From the NCBI GenBank assembly GCA_016794585.1, contig JAEUJM010000026.1, positions 1,444 through 65,443 of the forward strand: a DNA stretch of 64,000 nt, written 5' to 3'. Source of the DNA: Acidimicrobiales bacterium (GTDB taxonomy: Bacteria; Actinomycetota; Acidimicrobiia; Acidimicrobiales; DATDAH01). Within the stretch, counting starts at the first letter, position 1; the number at the start of each line of letters is the position of its first letter. The translations under genes were made by a program, and so were the position numbers. The notes under the pieces are model-generated. The model saw nothing but the letters and a program-made list of their open reading frames with translations. It did no database searches and had not been told where the DNA came from. This document shows positions 44,916-54,188 of this stretch, piece by piece.

Positions 44916-45716
44916 TCAGGAGGCGGGGAGGAGCGCGAGCAGCCAGTCGGCCAGCTCGTCGACGCCCTCGCCGGTCTTCGCCGACGTCAGCAGCATCGCC
45001 GCACCGGGGTGCACGCCCTCGAGGTTGGCCTCGAACCGGGCGAGGTCCACGTCGAGGTGGGGGAGCAGGTCGACCTTGTTCACCGCGACGAGGTCGGCGG
45101 ACCGGAACATCACCGGGTACTTGAGGGGCTTCTCCTCGCCCTCGGTGGGCGAGAAGACCATGAGGCGGGCGTCCTCGCCGACGTCGAACTCGGCGGGACA
45201 CACGAGGTTGCCGACGTTCTCGATGAGCACCAGGTCGAGGTCGTCGAGGGGGAGGCGTTCGAGCGCCGAGCGGACCATCGTCGCGTCGAGGTGGCACTCG
45301 CCTCCGAAGCCGGCGGAGGTGTTCACCAAGGCCACGGGAACGCCGGCGGCGGCGAGGCGGTCGGCGTCGAGCGCGGTCTCGATGTCGCCCTCGACCACGC
45401 CGATGCGGGCGCGGCCCTCGAGGCGGTGGGCCAGCTCGACCAGCAGGGCCGTCTTCCCCGCGCCCGGCGACGACATCACGTTCACCACCCGCACGCCGTG
45501 CGACGCGAAGTCGGCGCGGTTGGCCGCCGCGGTGCGGTCGTTCTCCCCGAGGATGTGCTCGAGCACCTCCACCCGCAGGCCCCCGGTCGTGTAGCCCGAG
45601 TGGTCGCCGACGTCGCGGCCCTCGGCGTCATGCGCGTGGCCGGCGTGTTCGTGGTCCTCGTCGCCGTGATCGTGCTCGTGGACGGTGCCGTCGGCGTGGG
45701 CGTGGAAGCGTCCCAT
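44916..45716 (-). CDS. hypB: hydrogenase nickel-incorporation GTPase HypB (His-rich N-terminus)
   Basis: 'HAHADGTVHEHDHGDEDHEHAGHAHD' His-rich stretch, 'SSPGAGKT' P-loop, 'ENVGNLVCP' and 'NKVDL'. Confidence 0.9.
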   Translation of the reverse strand: MGRFHAHADGTVHEHDHGDEDHEHAGHAHDAEGRDVGDHSGYTTGGLRVEVLEHILGENDRTAAANRADFASHGVRVVNVMSSPGAGKTALLVELAHRLEGRARIGVVEGDIETALDADRLAAAGVPVALVNTSAGFGGECHLDATMVRSALERLPLDDLDLVLIENVGNLVCPAEFDVGEDARLMVFSPTEGEEKPLKYPVMFRSADLVAVNKVDLLPHLDVDLARFEANLEGVHPGAAMLLTSAKTGEGVDELADWLLALLPAS

Positions 45717-45719
45717 GGC

Positions 45720-46055
45720 TCAGGCGTCCACCAGCTCGAGTGAGCGCACCAGCAGCTCCTCGCCGCTCGTAAGGGTCACGTCGGTCGACCCGCACGGGCA
45801 GCGGAGCACGGCGGTGTCGAGCTCGGTGGACTCGCCGCAGGCGTCGCAGCGGACCACCAGGGGGACGTGGTTCACCTCGAGCACCGAGCCGGCCAGCGGG
45901 GTGTCGGCCACGACCAGCTCCCATGAGTACTGCAGCGTCTCGGGCACCACCTGGCGGAGGTGGCCGACGTCGATGCGCACGATCTCGACGGGGCGACCTT
46001 CCGCGTGCTGCTCGACGATCCCGGCGATCGCCGCGCAGATCGACAGCTCGTGCAC
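45720..46055 (-). CDS. hypA: hydrogenase maturation nickel metallochaperone HypA
   Basis: GTG 46055 gives 'VHELSICAAI' (canonical MHELS N-terminus). CxxC...CxxC 'CDACG...CPCG' is present. Confidence 0.85.
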   Translation of the reverse strand: MHELSICAAIAGIVEQHAEGRPVEIVRIDVGHLRQVVPETLQYSWELVVADTPLAGSVLEVNHVPLVVRCDACGESTELDTAVLRCPCGSTDVTLTSGEELLVRSLELVDA

Positions 46056-46293
46056 GGTCCGAACGTTACCCACGACCTCGCACGACCGGTGCCGCCTGGT
46101 GGGCGCACGGCGGTGCGCCGCCGCCCTTGCCTCCGTCGGGCAGCCGAGGTGGAGGCGGTCGCGCGACCGACTGCTCGCCGCCCGTTCCCTCCGTCGGCAC
46201 CGAGCCCCTGGCTGGCGGGGCGGGCGGTCCGTCAGGCGGGCGGTCGCTCCGGGTGAGCGCGGTAGGTTGGGGTCCTCCGGAGGATGCGTGGCC

Positions 46294-49017
46294 ATGGTCG
46301 ACTCGGGAACAACGTGTCGTGATCCGGGCGCCGGGACTCCGGGCACGGTCGTCCGCCAGCACTGGCGCATCACCGGCGTGGTGCAGGGCGTCGGGTTCCG
46401 GCCCCACGTCCACCGGCTCGCCTCGGCGCTCGACCTGGTCGGGACCGTGGCCAACGAGGACGCCGCGGTGGTCATCGACGTGCAGGGCCCGCCCGATCGG
46501 GTCGCCGAGTTCGGTCACCGGGTGCGGGCCGACGCGCCCCCGTTGGCTCGGATCGAGCGGGCCGAGGCGGTCGCCGCCACCCCCGTCGAGGGCGTGGAGG
46601 GCTTCCGCATCGTGTCCTCGCGCCGTCAGAAGAGGCAGGCCGGCGCCGCTCCCGCCGCCTGTCTCGTTGACGGCCCTGGCGGCGTGGCTGACGTCGGCCG
46701 GCCGCCGGTCGGCCGGTCCCGTCCGGGCGGGTCCCGCGTCGAGGTGGTCACGTCGCCGCCGGTCTTCGTGGCGCCGGACGTCGGCACCTGCCCCGCCTGC
46801 CTGGCGGAGGTGCTCGACCCGACCGACCGCCGCTACCGACACCCTTTCGCCAACTGCACCGACTGCGGCCCGCGCTACACGGTGATCCGGGACCTGCCCT
46901 ACGACCGTCCGGCGACGACGATGGCGGGCTTCGCGATGTGTGCGTCGTGCGCCGCCGAGTACGCCGACCCGGCCGACCGCCGCTACCACGCCCAGCCCGT
47001 GAGCTGCCCGGACTGCGGTCCGCAGCTGGCCTTCGAGGGGCTGGCTCGAAGCGGCGGGGCCGAGGCGCCGGAGCCGACTCAGATCGAGAACGGGCGTCCG
47101 GCGGCCGAAGGCGGCGCCGGTGGCGACGATCGAGGCGCGGAGCCGCGGGTCTCGGGCACCGACGCCGCGCTCGCCGCGGCGCCGCTGGCCTCGGGTACCG
47201 GCGCCGCCGATCGAGGCACCGTGCCGCGGGTCTCGGGCACCGACGCCGTGCTCGCCGCGGTGCAGGCCACGCTCGCCGCCGGCGGGATCGTCGCGCTCAA
47301 GGGCCTCGGCGGCTACCACCTCGTGTGCGACGCCACCCGACCCGACGCGGTGCGCCTCCTGCGCGAGCGCAAGGGGCGGGGCGACAAGCCCTTCGCGGTG
47401 ATGGTGCCCGACCTCGACGCGGCCCGGGCGCTGGCGGACCTCACCGACGACGAGGCGGCGGCGCTGGCCGACCCCGCCCGTCCCATCGTGCTGGCCCGGC
47501 GCCGCCCCGACTCGGGCCTCGCCGCCGAGGTCGCGCCCGGCAACCCGATGGTCGGTGTGCTCCTCGCCTACACGCCGCTGCACCACCTGCTGTTCCGGCC
47601 CGTCCCCGGCCACGCCACCGTCCCTCCCCGGGTGCTGGTGGCCACGTCCGGCAACCGGGCCGACGAGCCGATCTGCTTCGACGACGACGAGGCCCGGGTC
47701 CGCCTCGGCGACCTGGCCGACGCCTTCTGCACCCACGACCGGCCCATCGAGGTGCCGTGCGACGACTCCGTGGTGCGCCGGGTCGCCGGCCGGATCCAAC
47801 CCGTGCGGCGGGCGCGGGGCTTCGCCCCCGTCCCGCTCGCCCTGCCGTTCGAGGTCCCGCCCACCCTCGCCGTCGGCGGGGAGCTGAAGAACACCTTCTG
47901 TCTCGCCGCCGGAAGCCACGCCTGGGTCAGCCCCCACATCGGCGACATGGGCAACCTCGAGACCATGGAGGCGTTCGAGCGCAGCGTCGAGGCGCTCACC
48001 CGCATGGTCGGCGTCGAGCCCGAGGTCGTGGCCGCCGACGCCCATCCCGGCTACCTCAGCCGGCGCTGGGCGGTCGCCCACTTCGGCGACGCCGTCGTGG
48101 AGGTGCAGCACCACCACGCCCACGTCGCCTCGGTCATGGCCGAGCACGGCCTCGACGGCAGCCGGCCCGTCCTCGGCGTCGCCTTCGACGGCACGGGCCA
48201 CGGCTGGGCGGCGGACGGATCGGCCCAGGCCTGGGGCGGCGAGATCCTGCTCGCCGACCACGGCCACGCCGAGCGGGTCGGCCACCTCCGCCCTCTCCCG
48301 CTCCCGGGGGGCGACGCCGGCGTGCGCAACCCGTGCCGGGTGGCGGTGGCCTACCTCGAGGCCCTCGGCATCGACCCCGGTCCCACCCAGCCCGCGGTGC
48401 TGGCCTGCGACGAGGTCGAGCTCGGTGTGGTGCGCCGCCAGGTGGCCCGCGACGTCGGCTGTCTGGCGACGACGAGCATGGGGCGCCTGTTCGACGTGGT
48501 GGCCTCGCTGCTCGGGGTCCGCCACCGGGTGAGCTACGAGGCGCAGGCCGCCATCGAGCTGGAGGCGCTGGCCCAGCGGGGGCGATCCGGTGCGGTGCGC
48601 CTCGGTTTCGCCCGGAGCGGCGACGGGGTGATCGACCCCGCCCCGGTGCTCGCCGACCTCGTGGATGCCGTGGGGCGGGGCGTGCCCGTGGCCGACCTCG
48701 CCCTGGCCTTCCACCTCGCCGTCGCCGCCGCCGTGGTCGACGCGGTCGACGCGTTCACCCATGCGCCCGACGCCGCCGGAGCCACCGCCACCACGGAGGC
48801 CGCCGTCCCGGCGCCGCCGCCCGTCGCGCTGACCGGCGGCGTGTTCCAGAACGACCTGCTGGCGACGGCCACCCGTGCCGCTCTCGCCGCCGCGGGCCAC
48901 GAGGTGCTGGTCCACGGGCTCGTCCCGGCCAACGACGGCGGCCTGTCCCTCGGCCAGGCGGTTGTCGCCGGCCGGCGCTCGGTCGGAGCAGGACAACGAC
49001 GACAGGAAGGGGCCTGA
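46294..49017 (+). CDS. hypF: carbamoyltransferase HypF (with extra linker segments)
   Basis: Acylphosphatase domain 'ITGVVQGVGFRPHV'. Two Zn-finger pairs 'CPAC..CTDCGPRY' and 'CASC..CPDCGP'. YrdC-like 'KGLGGYHLVCDA' and a Kae1-like C-terminus. Confidence 0.9.
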   Translation: MVDSGTTCRDPGAGTPGTVVRQHWRITGVVQGVGFRPHVHRLASALDLVGTVANEDAAVVIDVQGPPDRVAEFGHRVRADAPPLARIERAEAVAATPVEGVEGFRIVSSRRQKRQAGAAPAACLVDGPGGVADVGRPPVGRSRPGGSRVEVVTSPPVFVAPDVGTCPACLAEVLDPTDRRYRHPFANCTDCGPRYTVIRDLPYDRPATTMAGFAMCASCAAEYADPADRRYHAQPVSCPDCGPQLAFEGLARSGGAEAPEPTQIENGRPAAEGGAGGDDRGAEPRVSGTDAALAAAPLASGTGAADRGTVPRVSGTDAVLAAVQATLAAGGIVALKGLGGYHLVCDATRPDAVRLLRERKGRGDKPFAVMVPDLDAARALADLTDDEAAALADPARPIVLARRRPDSGLAAEVAPGNPMVGVLLAYTPLHHLLFRPVPGHATVPPRVLVATSGNRADEPICFDDDEARVRLGDLADAFCTHDRPIEVPCDDSVVRRVAGRIQPVRRARGFAPVPLALPFEVPPTLAVGGELKNTFCLAAGSHAWVSPHIGDMGNLETMEAFERSVEALTRMVGVEPEVVAADAHPGYLSRRWAVAHFGDAVVEVQHHHAHVASVMAEHGLDGSRPVLGVAFDGTGHGWAADGSAQAWGGEILLADHGHAERVGHLRPLPLPGGDAGVRNPCRVAVAYLEALGIDPGPTQPAVLACDEVELGVVRRQVARDVGCLATTSMGRLFDVVASLLGVRHRVSYEAQAAIELEALAQRGRSGAVRLGFARSGDGVIDPAPVLADLVDAVGRGVPVADLALAFHLAVAAAVVDAVDAFTHAPDAAGATATTEAAVPAPPPVALTGGVFQNDLLATATRAALAAAGHEVLVHGLVPANDGGLSLGQAVVAGRRSVGAGQRRQEGA

Positions 49018-49018
49018 C

Positions 49019-49285
49019 ATGTGCCTCGGCATCCCCGGGAAGATCCTGGCCATCCGTGACGACCGGGGCACCCCGATGGCCACGGCGGACTTCGGGGGCG
49101 TGACCAAGGACGTCTGCCTGGCGTACGTGCCCGAGGCCGAGGTGGGGGACTACACGATCGTGCACGCCGGGTTCGCCATCACCCGCCTCGACGAGGCCGC
49201 CGCGCTCGAGACCCTGGCCATGATGGACGAGCTCGGCGTCATCGACGAGGAGCTCGGCGGCGAGAGCGAGGGGTCCGCCCCGTGA
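49019..49285 (+). CDS. hypC: hydrogenase assembly chaperone HypC
   Basis: Canonical 'MCLGIPG' N-terminus. ATG overlaps the hypF stop region. Confidence 0.9.
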   Translation: MCLGIPGKILAIRDDRGTPMATADFGGVTKDVCLAYVPEAEVGDYTIVHAGFAITRLDEAAALETLAMMDELGVIDEELGGESEGSAP

Positions 49286-50394
49286 AGTACCTCGACGAGT
49301 TCGGCGACCCGGACCGTGCCCGCCGGCTGGTGGCCGAGATCCACGCCGCCACCACCCGCCCGTGGTCGGTCATGGAGGTGTGCGGCGGCCAGACCCACGC
49401 CATCCTCCGCCACGGCATCGACCAGCTGCTGCCGGCCGAGATCGAGCTCGTCCACGGCCCGGGCTGCCCGGTGTGCGTCACCCCGCTGGAGATGATCGAC
49501 CGGGCCCTGCTGATCGCGGCGCGACCCGAGGTCACGTTCTGCTCGTTCGGGGACATGCTCCGCGTGCCGGGCAGCGCCGGCGACCTGTTCACCGTGAAGG
49601 CGGCGGGCGGCGACGTGCGGGTCGTCTACTCACCCCTCGACGCGGTGGCCATCGCCGAGGCCGAGCCCGACCGCGAGGTGGTCTTCTTCGGTGTGGGCTT
49701 CGAGACGACGGCGCCGGCCAACGCCATGGCGGTGGTGCAGGCCCACGACCGCGGCCTGGCCAACTTCTCGGTGCTCGCGAGCCATGTGCTGGTGCCGCCC
49801 GCCATCGAGGCGCTGATGGCGTCGGGCACCAGCCGGGTCGACGGCTTCCTCGCCGCCGGTCACGTGTGCACGGTGATGGGCACCCACCAGTACGCGCCGC
49901 TCGCGGCGCGCTACCGGGTCCCCATCGTGGTCACCGGCTTCGAGCCCCTGGACGTGCTCGACGGCATCCGCCGTTGCGTGGTGCAGCTCGAGGCGGGCCG
50001 GGCCGAGGTGGAGAACGCCTACCCCCGCGCGGTGACGGCCGAGGGCAACCAGCCCGCCCAGGAGGTACTGGCCTCGGTGTTCGAGGTCTGCGACCGGCCG
50101 TGGCGGGGCATCGGGACCATCCCCGCCAGCGGTTGGCGCCTGCGCGCCGAGTACGCCGACCACGATGCCGAGCGCCGTTTCGACGTCGGCGCGTTCGTGG
50201 TGGAGGAGCCCGCCGCCTGCCGGGCCGGCGAGGTCCTCCAGGGGCTCATCAAGCCGGACGAGTGCGAGGCCTTCGGGGCAACGTGCACGCCGCGCACCCC
50301 GCTCGGGGCGACGATGGTGTCGAGCGAGGGGGCCTGCGCCGCCTACTTCCGGTACCGGCGGTCGGGATCGCCGGCGGCGTTGCGCGGTGGGTGA
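49282..50394 (+). CDS. hypD: hydrogenase formation protein HypD
   Basis: 'MEVCGGQTH', 'GPGCPVCV' and 'GFETT' motifs. GTGA overlap with hypC. Confidence 0.9.
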   Translation: MKYLDEFGDPDRARRLVAEIHAATTRPWSVMEVCGGQTHAILRHGIDQLLPAEIELVHGPGCPVCVTPLEMIDRALLIAARPEVTFCSFGDMLRVPGSAGDLFTVKAAGGDVRVVYSPLDAVAIAEAEPDREVVFFGVGFETTAPANAMAVVQAHDRGLANFSVLASHVLVPPAIEALMASGTSRVDGFLAAGHVCTVMGTHQYAPLAARYRVPIVVTGFEPLDVLDGIRRCVVQLEAGRAEVENAYPRAVTAEGNQPAQEVLASVFEVCDRPWRGIGTIPASGWRLRAEYADHDAERRFDVGAFVVEEPAACRAGEVLQGLIKPDECEAFGATCTPRTPLGATMVSSEGACAAYFRYRRSGSPAALRGG

Positions 50395-51523
50395 GAGAGC
50401 GGTGGGTGAGACAGGAGTGGGTGAGTCCGAGGCAGGAGGTTCCGGAGCGGACGAGCGCCTCGACCTCGAGGGCTGGACCTGCCCGCTCCCCCTGCGCGAC
50501 CACGACCGCATCGTGCTCGGGCACGGCGGTGGCGGGGTCCTGTCCGGCGAGCTGATCGAGCACCTCTTCCTGCCCGCCTTCGGCGAGGCCGCCGCCGCGG
50601 CGACGCCCACCGACTCCGCCGTGCTCGAACTGGGCGCCGTCGCCGGCGGCGGCCGGCTCGCCTTCACCACCGACAGCTACGTCGTGCAGCCGCTGTTCTT
50701 CCCCGGCGGCGACATCGGCGACCTCGCCGTCAACGGCACCGTCAACGACCTCGCCATGAGCGGCGCAGTCCCGATCGCACTCTCGACCGCGTTCGTCCTC
50801 GAGGAGGGTCTCGAGCTGGATGTCCTGGGCCGGGTGGCCACCTCGATGGGCCGGGCCGCCACGGCGGCCGGTGTGCAGCTCGTCACCGGTGACACCAAAG
50901 TGGTGGAGCGGGGGCACGGCGACGGCCTCTACGTGACCACCGCCGGCGTGGGCCTCGTCCCGGCCGGGGTGGACCTGCGCCCCGAGCGCATCCGTCCCGG
51001 GGACGCGGTGATCGTGAGCGGGCCGATCGGCCGCCACGGCGTCGCCGTCCTCAGCGTCCGCGAGGGCCTCGAGTTCGGCACGCAGCTGGTCTCCGACACG
51101 GCCCCGCTGAACGGGGTCGTGGCCGAGATGGTGCGGGCCGCCGGACCCCACCTCCACGCGCTCCGGGACCTGACCCGTGGCGGACTGGCCGCCTCGCTCA
51201 CCGAGCTGGCGGCGACCGCCGGCGTCGGGATCTCGCTCACCGAGTCCGCGATCCCCGTGCCCGAGGAGGTGCGGGCGGCCTGTGGCTTCCTCGGGCTCGA
51301 CCCGATCCACGTGGCCAACGAGGGCACCCTGGTCGCCTTCGTGGCGCCTGAGGGGGTCGACGACGTCCTCGCGGCCATGGCCGCCACCGACATCGGCCGC
51401 CACGCGGTGGTCGTCGGACAGGTCCGGGACGAGCGCCCCGGCGTCGTCCTGGCCCGCACGACGCTCGGCGCCACCCGGATCATCGACCGCCCCCTCGGGG
51501 AGCAACTGCCCCGCATCTGCTGA
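50387..51523 (+). CDS. hypE: hydrogenase expression/formation protein HypE (start ambiguous: GTG 50387, 50402 or 50417)
   Basis: AIR-synthase-like fold and the invariant C-terminus 'PRIC'. Three in-frame GTGs created by a 15-bp x3 repeat. Confidence 0.85.
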   Translation: MGERAVGETGVGESEAGGSGADERLDLEGWTCPLPLRDHDRIVLGHGGGGVLSGELIEHLFLPAFGEAAAAATPTDSAVLELGAVAGGGRLAFTTDSYVVQPLFFPGGDIGDLAVNGTVNDLAMSGAVPIALSTAFVLEEGLELDVLGRVATSMGRAATAAGVQLVTGDTKVVERGHGDGLYVTTAGVGLVPAGVDLRPERIRPGDAVIVSGPIGRHGVAVLSVREGLEFGTQLVSDTAPLNGVVAEMVRAAGPHLHALRDLTRGGLAASLTELAATAGVGISLTESAIPVPEEVRAACGFLGLDPIHVANEGTLVAFVAPEGVDDVLAAMAATDIGRHAVVVGQVRDERPGVVLARTTLGATRIIDRPLGEQLPRIC

Positions 51524-52375
51524 TCAGTGGCAGGCCTCGAGGTACTCCTCGAGCTGGCGGCGGAGGGCGCCCTCGGCCGGGAGCTCGATCGGGATGACGG
51601 GTCCGTCGTCGAGGCGGAGCTCGGCCACGAAGACGAAGGTCTTCTTGCTCTCGGTCAGCGCGTGGGAGTCGCAGCGGGAGGCGTTGAAGACGACGTCGAC
51701 CGAGGCCTGGTTCTCGGCGGCGTCGAGGGCGAGGCTCGGGTGACCGCCGCCGACGGCGGACAGGTTGATGACCACGCTGCTGCGCACCAGTTCGATGTCG
51801 AGCGTGTGGTCGGGCTGGAGGCGGTCGACGTCGAGGGTGGTGCCGACGGCGAGCTCGCCCGCCGGTCGTAGATCGTCCTCGCCCCAGGTGATGGCGAAGG
51901 CGTCGTGCACCCGGCGCTCGAGGCACTGGCGCTCGTTGAGCACGGCGAGGGCGTCACTCGGCTCCGCCAGCGGGATCCGCCGGGGCTCGCCGGCGATGGT
52001 GAGGACGACGGCGCTCGCGGCGTCGCCGGCGGGCGGGCAGCGGGCGTCGCCGAAGTCGACGGGGATGGCGACCGCCCGGCCGGGGACGAGGCTCGAGTGG
52101 CGCTCCTGCGGATCGACCTGCTCGAAGGTGGGGAGGTCCAGCTGGAGGGCCTCGACGTCGATCGGTTGGTCCCCGTCGTTGCGCAGCACGAGCTTCAGCT
52201 GGTGCTGGAGCTCGAACAGGCGCGACCGCAGGATCTCGGCGTGGATCGGCGGCGCCGCCGACTCCTCGGGGGAGGCGTCGCTCCCGCACGCGCCCGCGCC
52301 GAGGCCGAGCACCCCGCCCAGGAGGAGCAGCGCGACGACCCGACGCACCCCCGCAGTCTGACCTGCCCGGTCCAC
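51524..52375 (-). CDS. lipoprotein of unknown function
   Basis: Signal peptide + lipobox 'GLGAGAC'. No family recognised. Starts 10 nt downstream of the DUF35::thiolase gene. Its stop abuts the hypE stop (TGATCA). Confidence 0.5.
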   Translation of the reverse strand: MDRAGQTAGVRRVVALLLLGGVLGLGAGACGSDASPEESAAPPIHAEILRSRLFELQHQLKLVLRNDGDQPIDVEALQLDLPTFEQVDPQERHSSLVPGRAVAIPVDFGDARCPPAGDAASAVVLTIAGEPRRIPLAEPSDALAVLNERQCLERRVHDAFAITWGEDDLRPAGELAVGTTLDVDRLQPDHTLDIELVRSSVVINLSAVGGGHPSLALDAAENQASVDVVFNASRCDSHALTESKKTFVFVAELRLDDGPVIPIELPAEGALRRQLEEYLEACH

Positions 52376-52385
52376 CGCCGCTCGG

Positions 52386-54020
52386 TCAGGCGTCGGCGGA
52401 CTGGAGGAGCAGGACGCCCGACGGGGTGCCGCCGCCGCTGGTGACCACGGCGGTGCGGGCGTCGGCCACCTGGCGCTCGCCGGCCTCGCCCCGGAGCTGG
52501 GCGACGGCCTCGTAGAGGAAGCCGAAGCCGTGGGTGCGACCTTCGGAGAGCTGGCCGCCGTGGGGGTTGACGGGCAGGTCGCCGTCGAGGGCGATGCGCC
52601 GGCCGCCGTCGAGCCAGTCCTTGGCCTCGCCGATGCCGCAGAAGCCGAGCGCTTCGAGCCACGAGATGGCGTTGAAGCTGAAGCCGTCGTAGAGCAGGGC
52701 GACGTCGACGTCGGCGGCGGTGAGCGAGGTGCGGCTCCAGAGGTGGGCGCTCTGGCCGAGCACCTGGGGCTCGTGGGTGACGGTGTCCTGGTCCCACGAG
52801 ATGCGCTCGAGGATCTGGGTTCCCGCCGCCTCGATGCGCACGGGGGGCTGGGCCAGGTCGTCCGCGGTCTCCGCCGCCGACACCACCAACGCGATCGACG
52901 CGTCGCAGGGGACGTCGCAGTCGTACAGGCCGAAGGGCGTGGTGATCATGCGGGCCGACAGGTAGTCGTCCATGGTCATCGGGTCGCGGTAGATGGCGGC
53001 GGGGTTGCGGCCGGCGTTGGCCCGGTCGTTCACCGCGATGTGGCCGAACACCTCACGGGTCGCCCCATAGCGGTGGAGGTACTGGCTGGCGTTGAGGGCG
53101 ATCCAGTTGGCCGCCGACATCGCCCCGAACGGCGCCCGCCACTCGGTGAACGGGCCCGACACCCGCCCCGCGCCTCCCTGGTGGAGACCCCACGAGGCGT
53201 AGGTGGTCTCCCACACCGTGCGGAACACGAGCACGTGGCGGCACAGGCCGCCGGCGACGGCCAGCATGGCGGCGATCACGGCGCCGCCGGGGCCCGGGAG
53301 CTCGCCGCCGCCGTTGTGCCAGGTGGGGTGCAGGCGCAGGGCCTCCTCGACGGCCATGACGCCCCCTTCGCTCATGCCCATGGGCCCGGGCCCGGGGTAG
53401 GTGGACAAGCCGTCGATGTCGTCGAGGGTGAGGCCGGCGTCGGCCACGGCGGCCTGGCAGGCGTCCATGGTGAGCGAGAGCGGGTCGACCATCTGGCGCC
53501 GGCCGATGGCGGACCGCCCGATGCCGGTGATGGCGCTGGCGTGCTCGTAGCGGTGGTCGCCCAGCGGCGCTCGGGGCGTCGGCCGCCGCGGTTCGGGCAC
53601 CCGGTCCACCGGGTCGTCCTCACCGGGGGAGGCCGGCGCGAAGAGCGGCAGCCAGACGTCGTCCTGTGCCTCGAACTGCACCTGGACCACCTGGCCGACG
53701 TGCACCTCGTCGGGCTCGCAGCCGACGACGTTGGTGGTGAGGTGGACACCAGGGGCGTCGTGCAGGGCGACGTTGGCCACCGCGTAGGGCGGGGCGAAGC
53801 CGGGGAGCCACTGCTGGTGGTTGACGGTGGCGCCGATGACCGTCGCCCGACCGGACACCACCGTCGGCGTCCACGCACGGCTGCGGCACTCGGGGCAGAT
53901 CGGCGCCGGCGGGTGGACGAACGCCTGGCAGTCGTCGCAGCGCTGGACGCGCAGCTGTCCGTCCGCCCCCGACGTCCAGAACCACTCGTTCATCGGTGTC
54001 AGCTGCGGCAGCGGTCGCAC
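52386..54020 (-). CDS. fusion protein: N-terminal DUF35 (Zn ribbon + OB) + C-terminal thiolase-like (SCP-x type) domain
   Basis: 'CDDCQAFVHPPAPICPECRS' ribbon + OB region (aa ~10-130), then a thiolase-like body ending 'NPHGGQLSEGRTHGFG'. Confidence 0.8.
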   Translation of the reverse strand: MRPLPQLTPMNEWFWTSGADGQLRVQRCDDCQAFVHPPAPICPECRSRAWTPTVVSGRATVIGATVNHQQWLPGFAPPYAVANVALHDAPGVHLTTNVVGCEPDEVHVGQVVQVQFEAQDDVWLPLFAPASPGEDDPVDRVPEPRRPTPRAPLGDHRYEHASAITGIGRSAIGRRQMVDPLSLTMDACQAAVADAGLTLDDIDGLSTYPGPGPMGMSEGGVMAVEEALRLHPTWHNGGGELPGPGGAVIAAMLAVAGGLCRHVLVFRTVWETTYASWGLHQGGAGRVSGPFTEWRAPFGAMSAANWIALNASQYLHRYGATREVFGHIAVNDRANAGRNPAAIYRDPMTMDDYLSARMITTPFGLYDCDVPCDASIALVVSAAETADDLAQPPVRIEAAGTQILERISWDQDTVTHEPQVLGQSAHLWSRTSLTAADVDVALLYDGFSFNAISWLEALGFCGIGEAKDWLDGGRRIALDGDLPVNPHGGQLSEGRTHGFGFLYEAVAQLRGEAGERQVADARTAVVTSGGGTPSGVLLLQSADA

Positions 54021-54188
54021 GATCCCTCCCCGGGGGCCGGGCCGGCGGGCCGGGGCAGGAGGCCTGGCGTGACGTCGGCGTCAGAAACGGCGCGGACCCT
54101 ACCACCGGCATCGTGGGCGAAACGGGCGAGAGTTGACGTGACTGTTAGAGGCCTCTACGGTCCCAGCGACTTCGGGGGAAGGGAACCC

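Noticed and set aside
46147-46157. Third copy of the 45-bp palindromic element (the 11-mer AGGTGGAGGCG in the hypA/hypF intergenic region)
   Set aside because: Only the left-arm 11-mer matches. No loop core or complementary right arm follows. It is plausibly a chance match in GC-rich DNA.
44916-52375. [NiFe]-hydrogenase large/small subunit or maturation protease hidden among the ORFs flanking the hyp genes
   Set aside because: I inspected all plausible ORFs on both sides. None carries the N-terminal RxCGxC or C-terminal DPCxxC large-subunit motifs, or a small-subunit Fe-S cysteine pattern.
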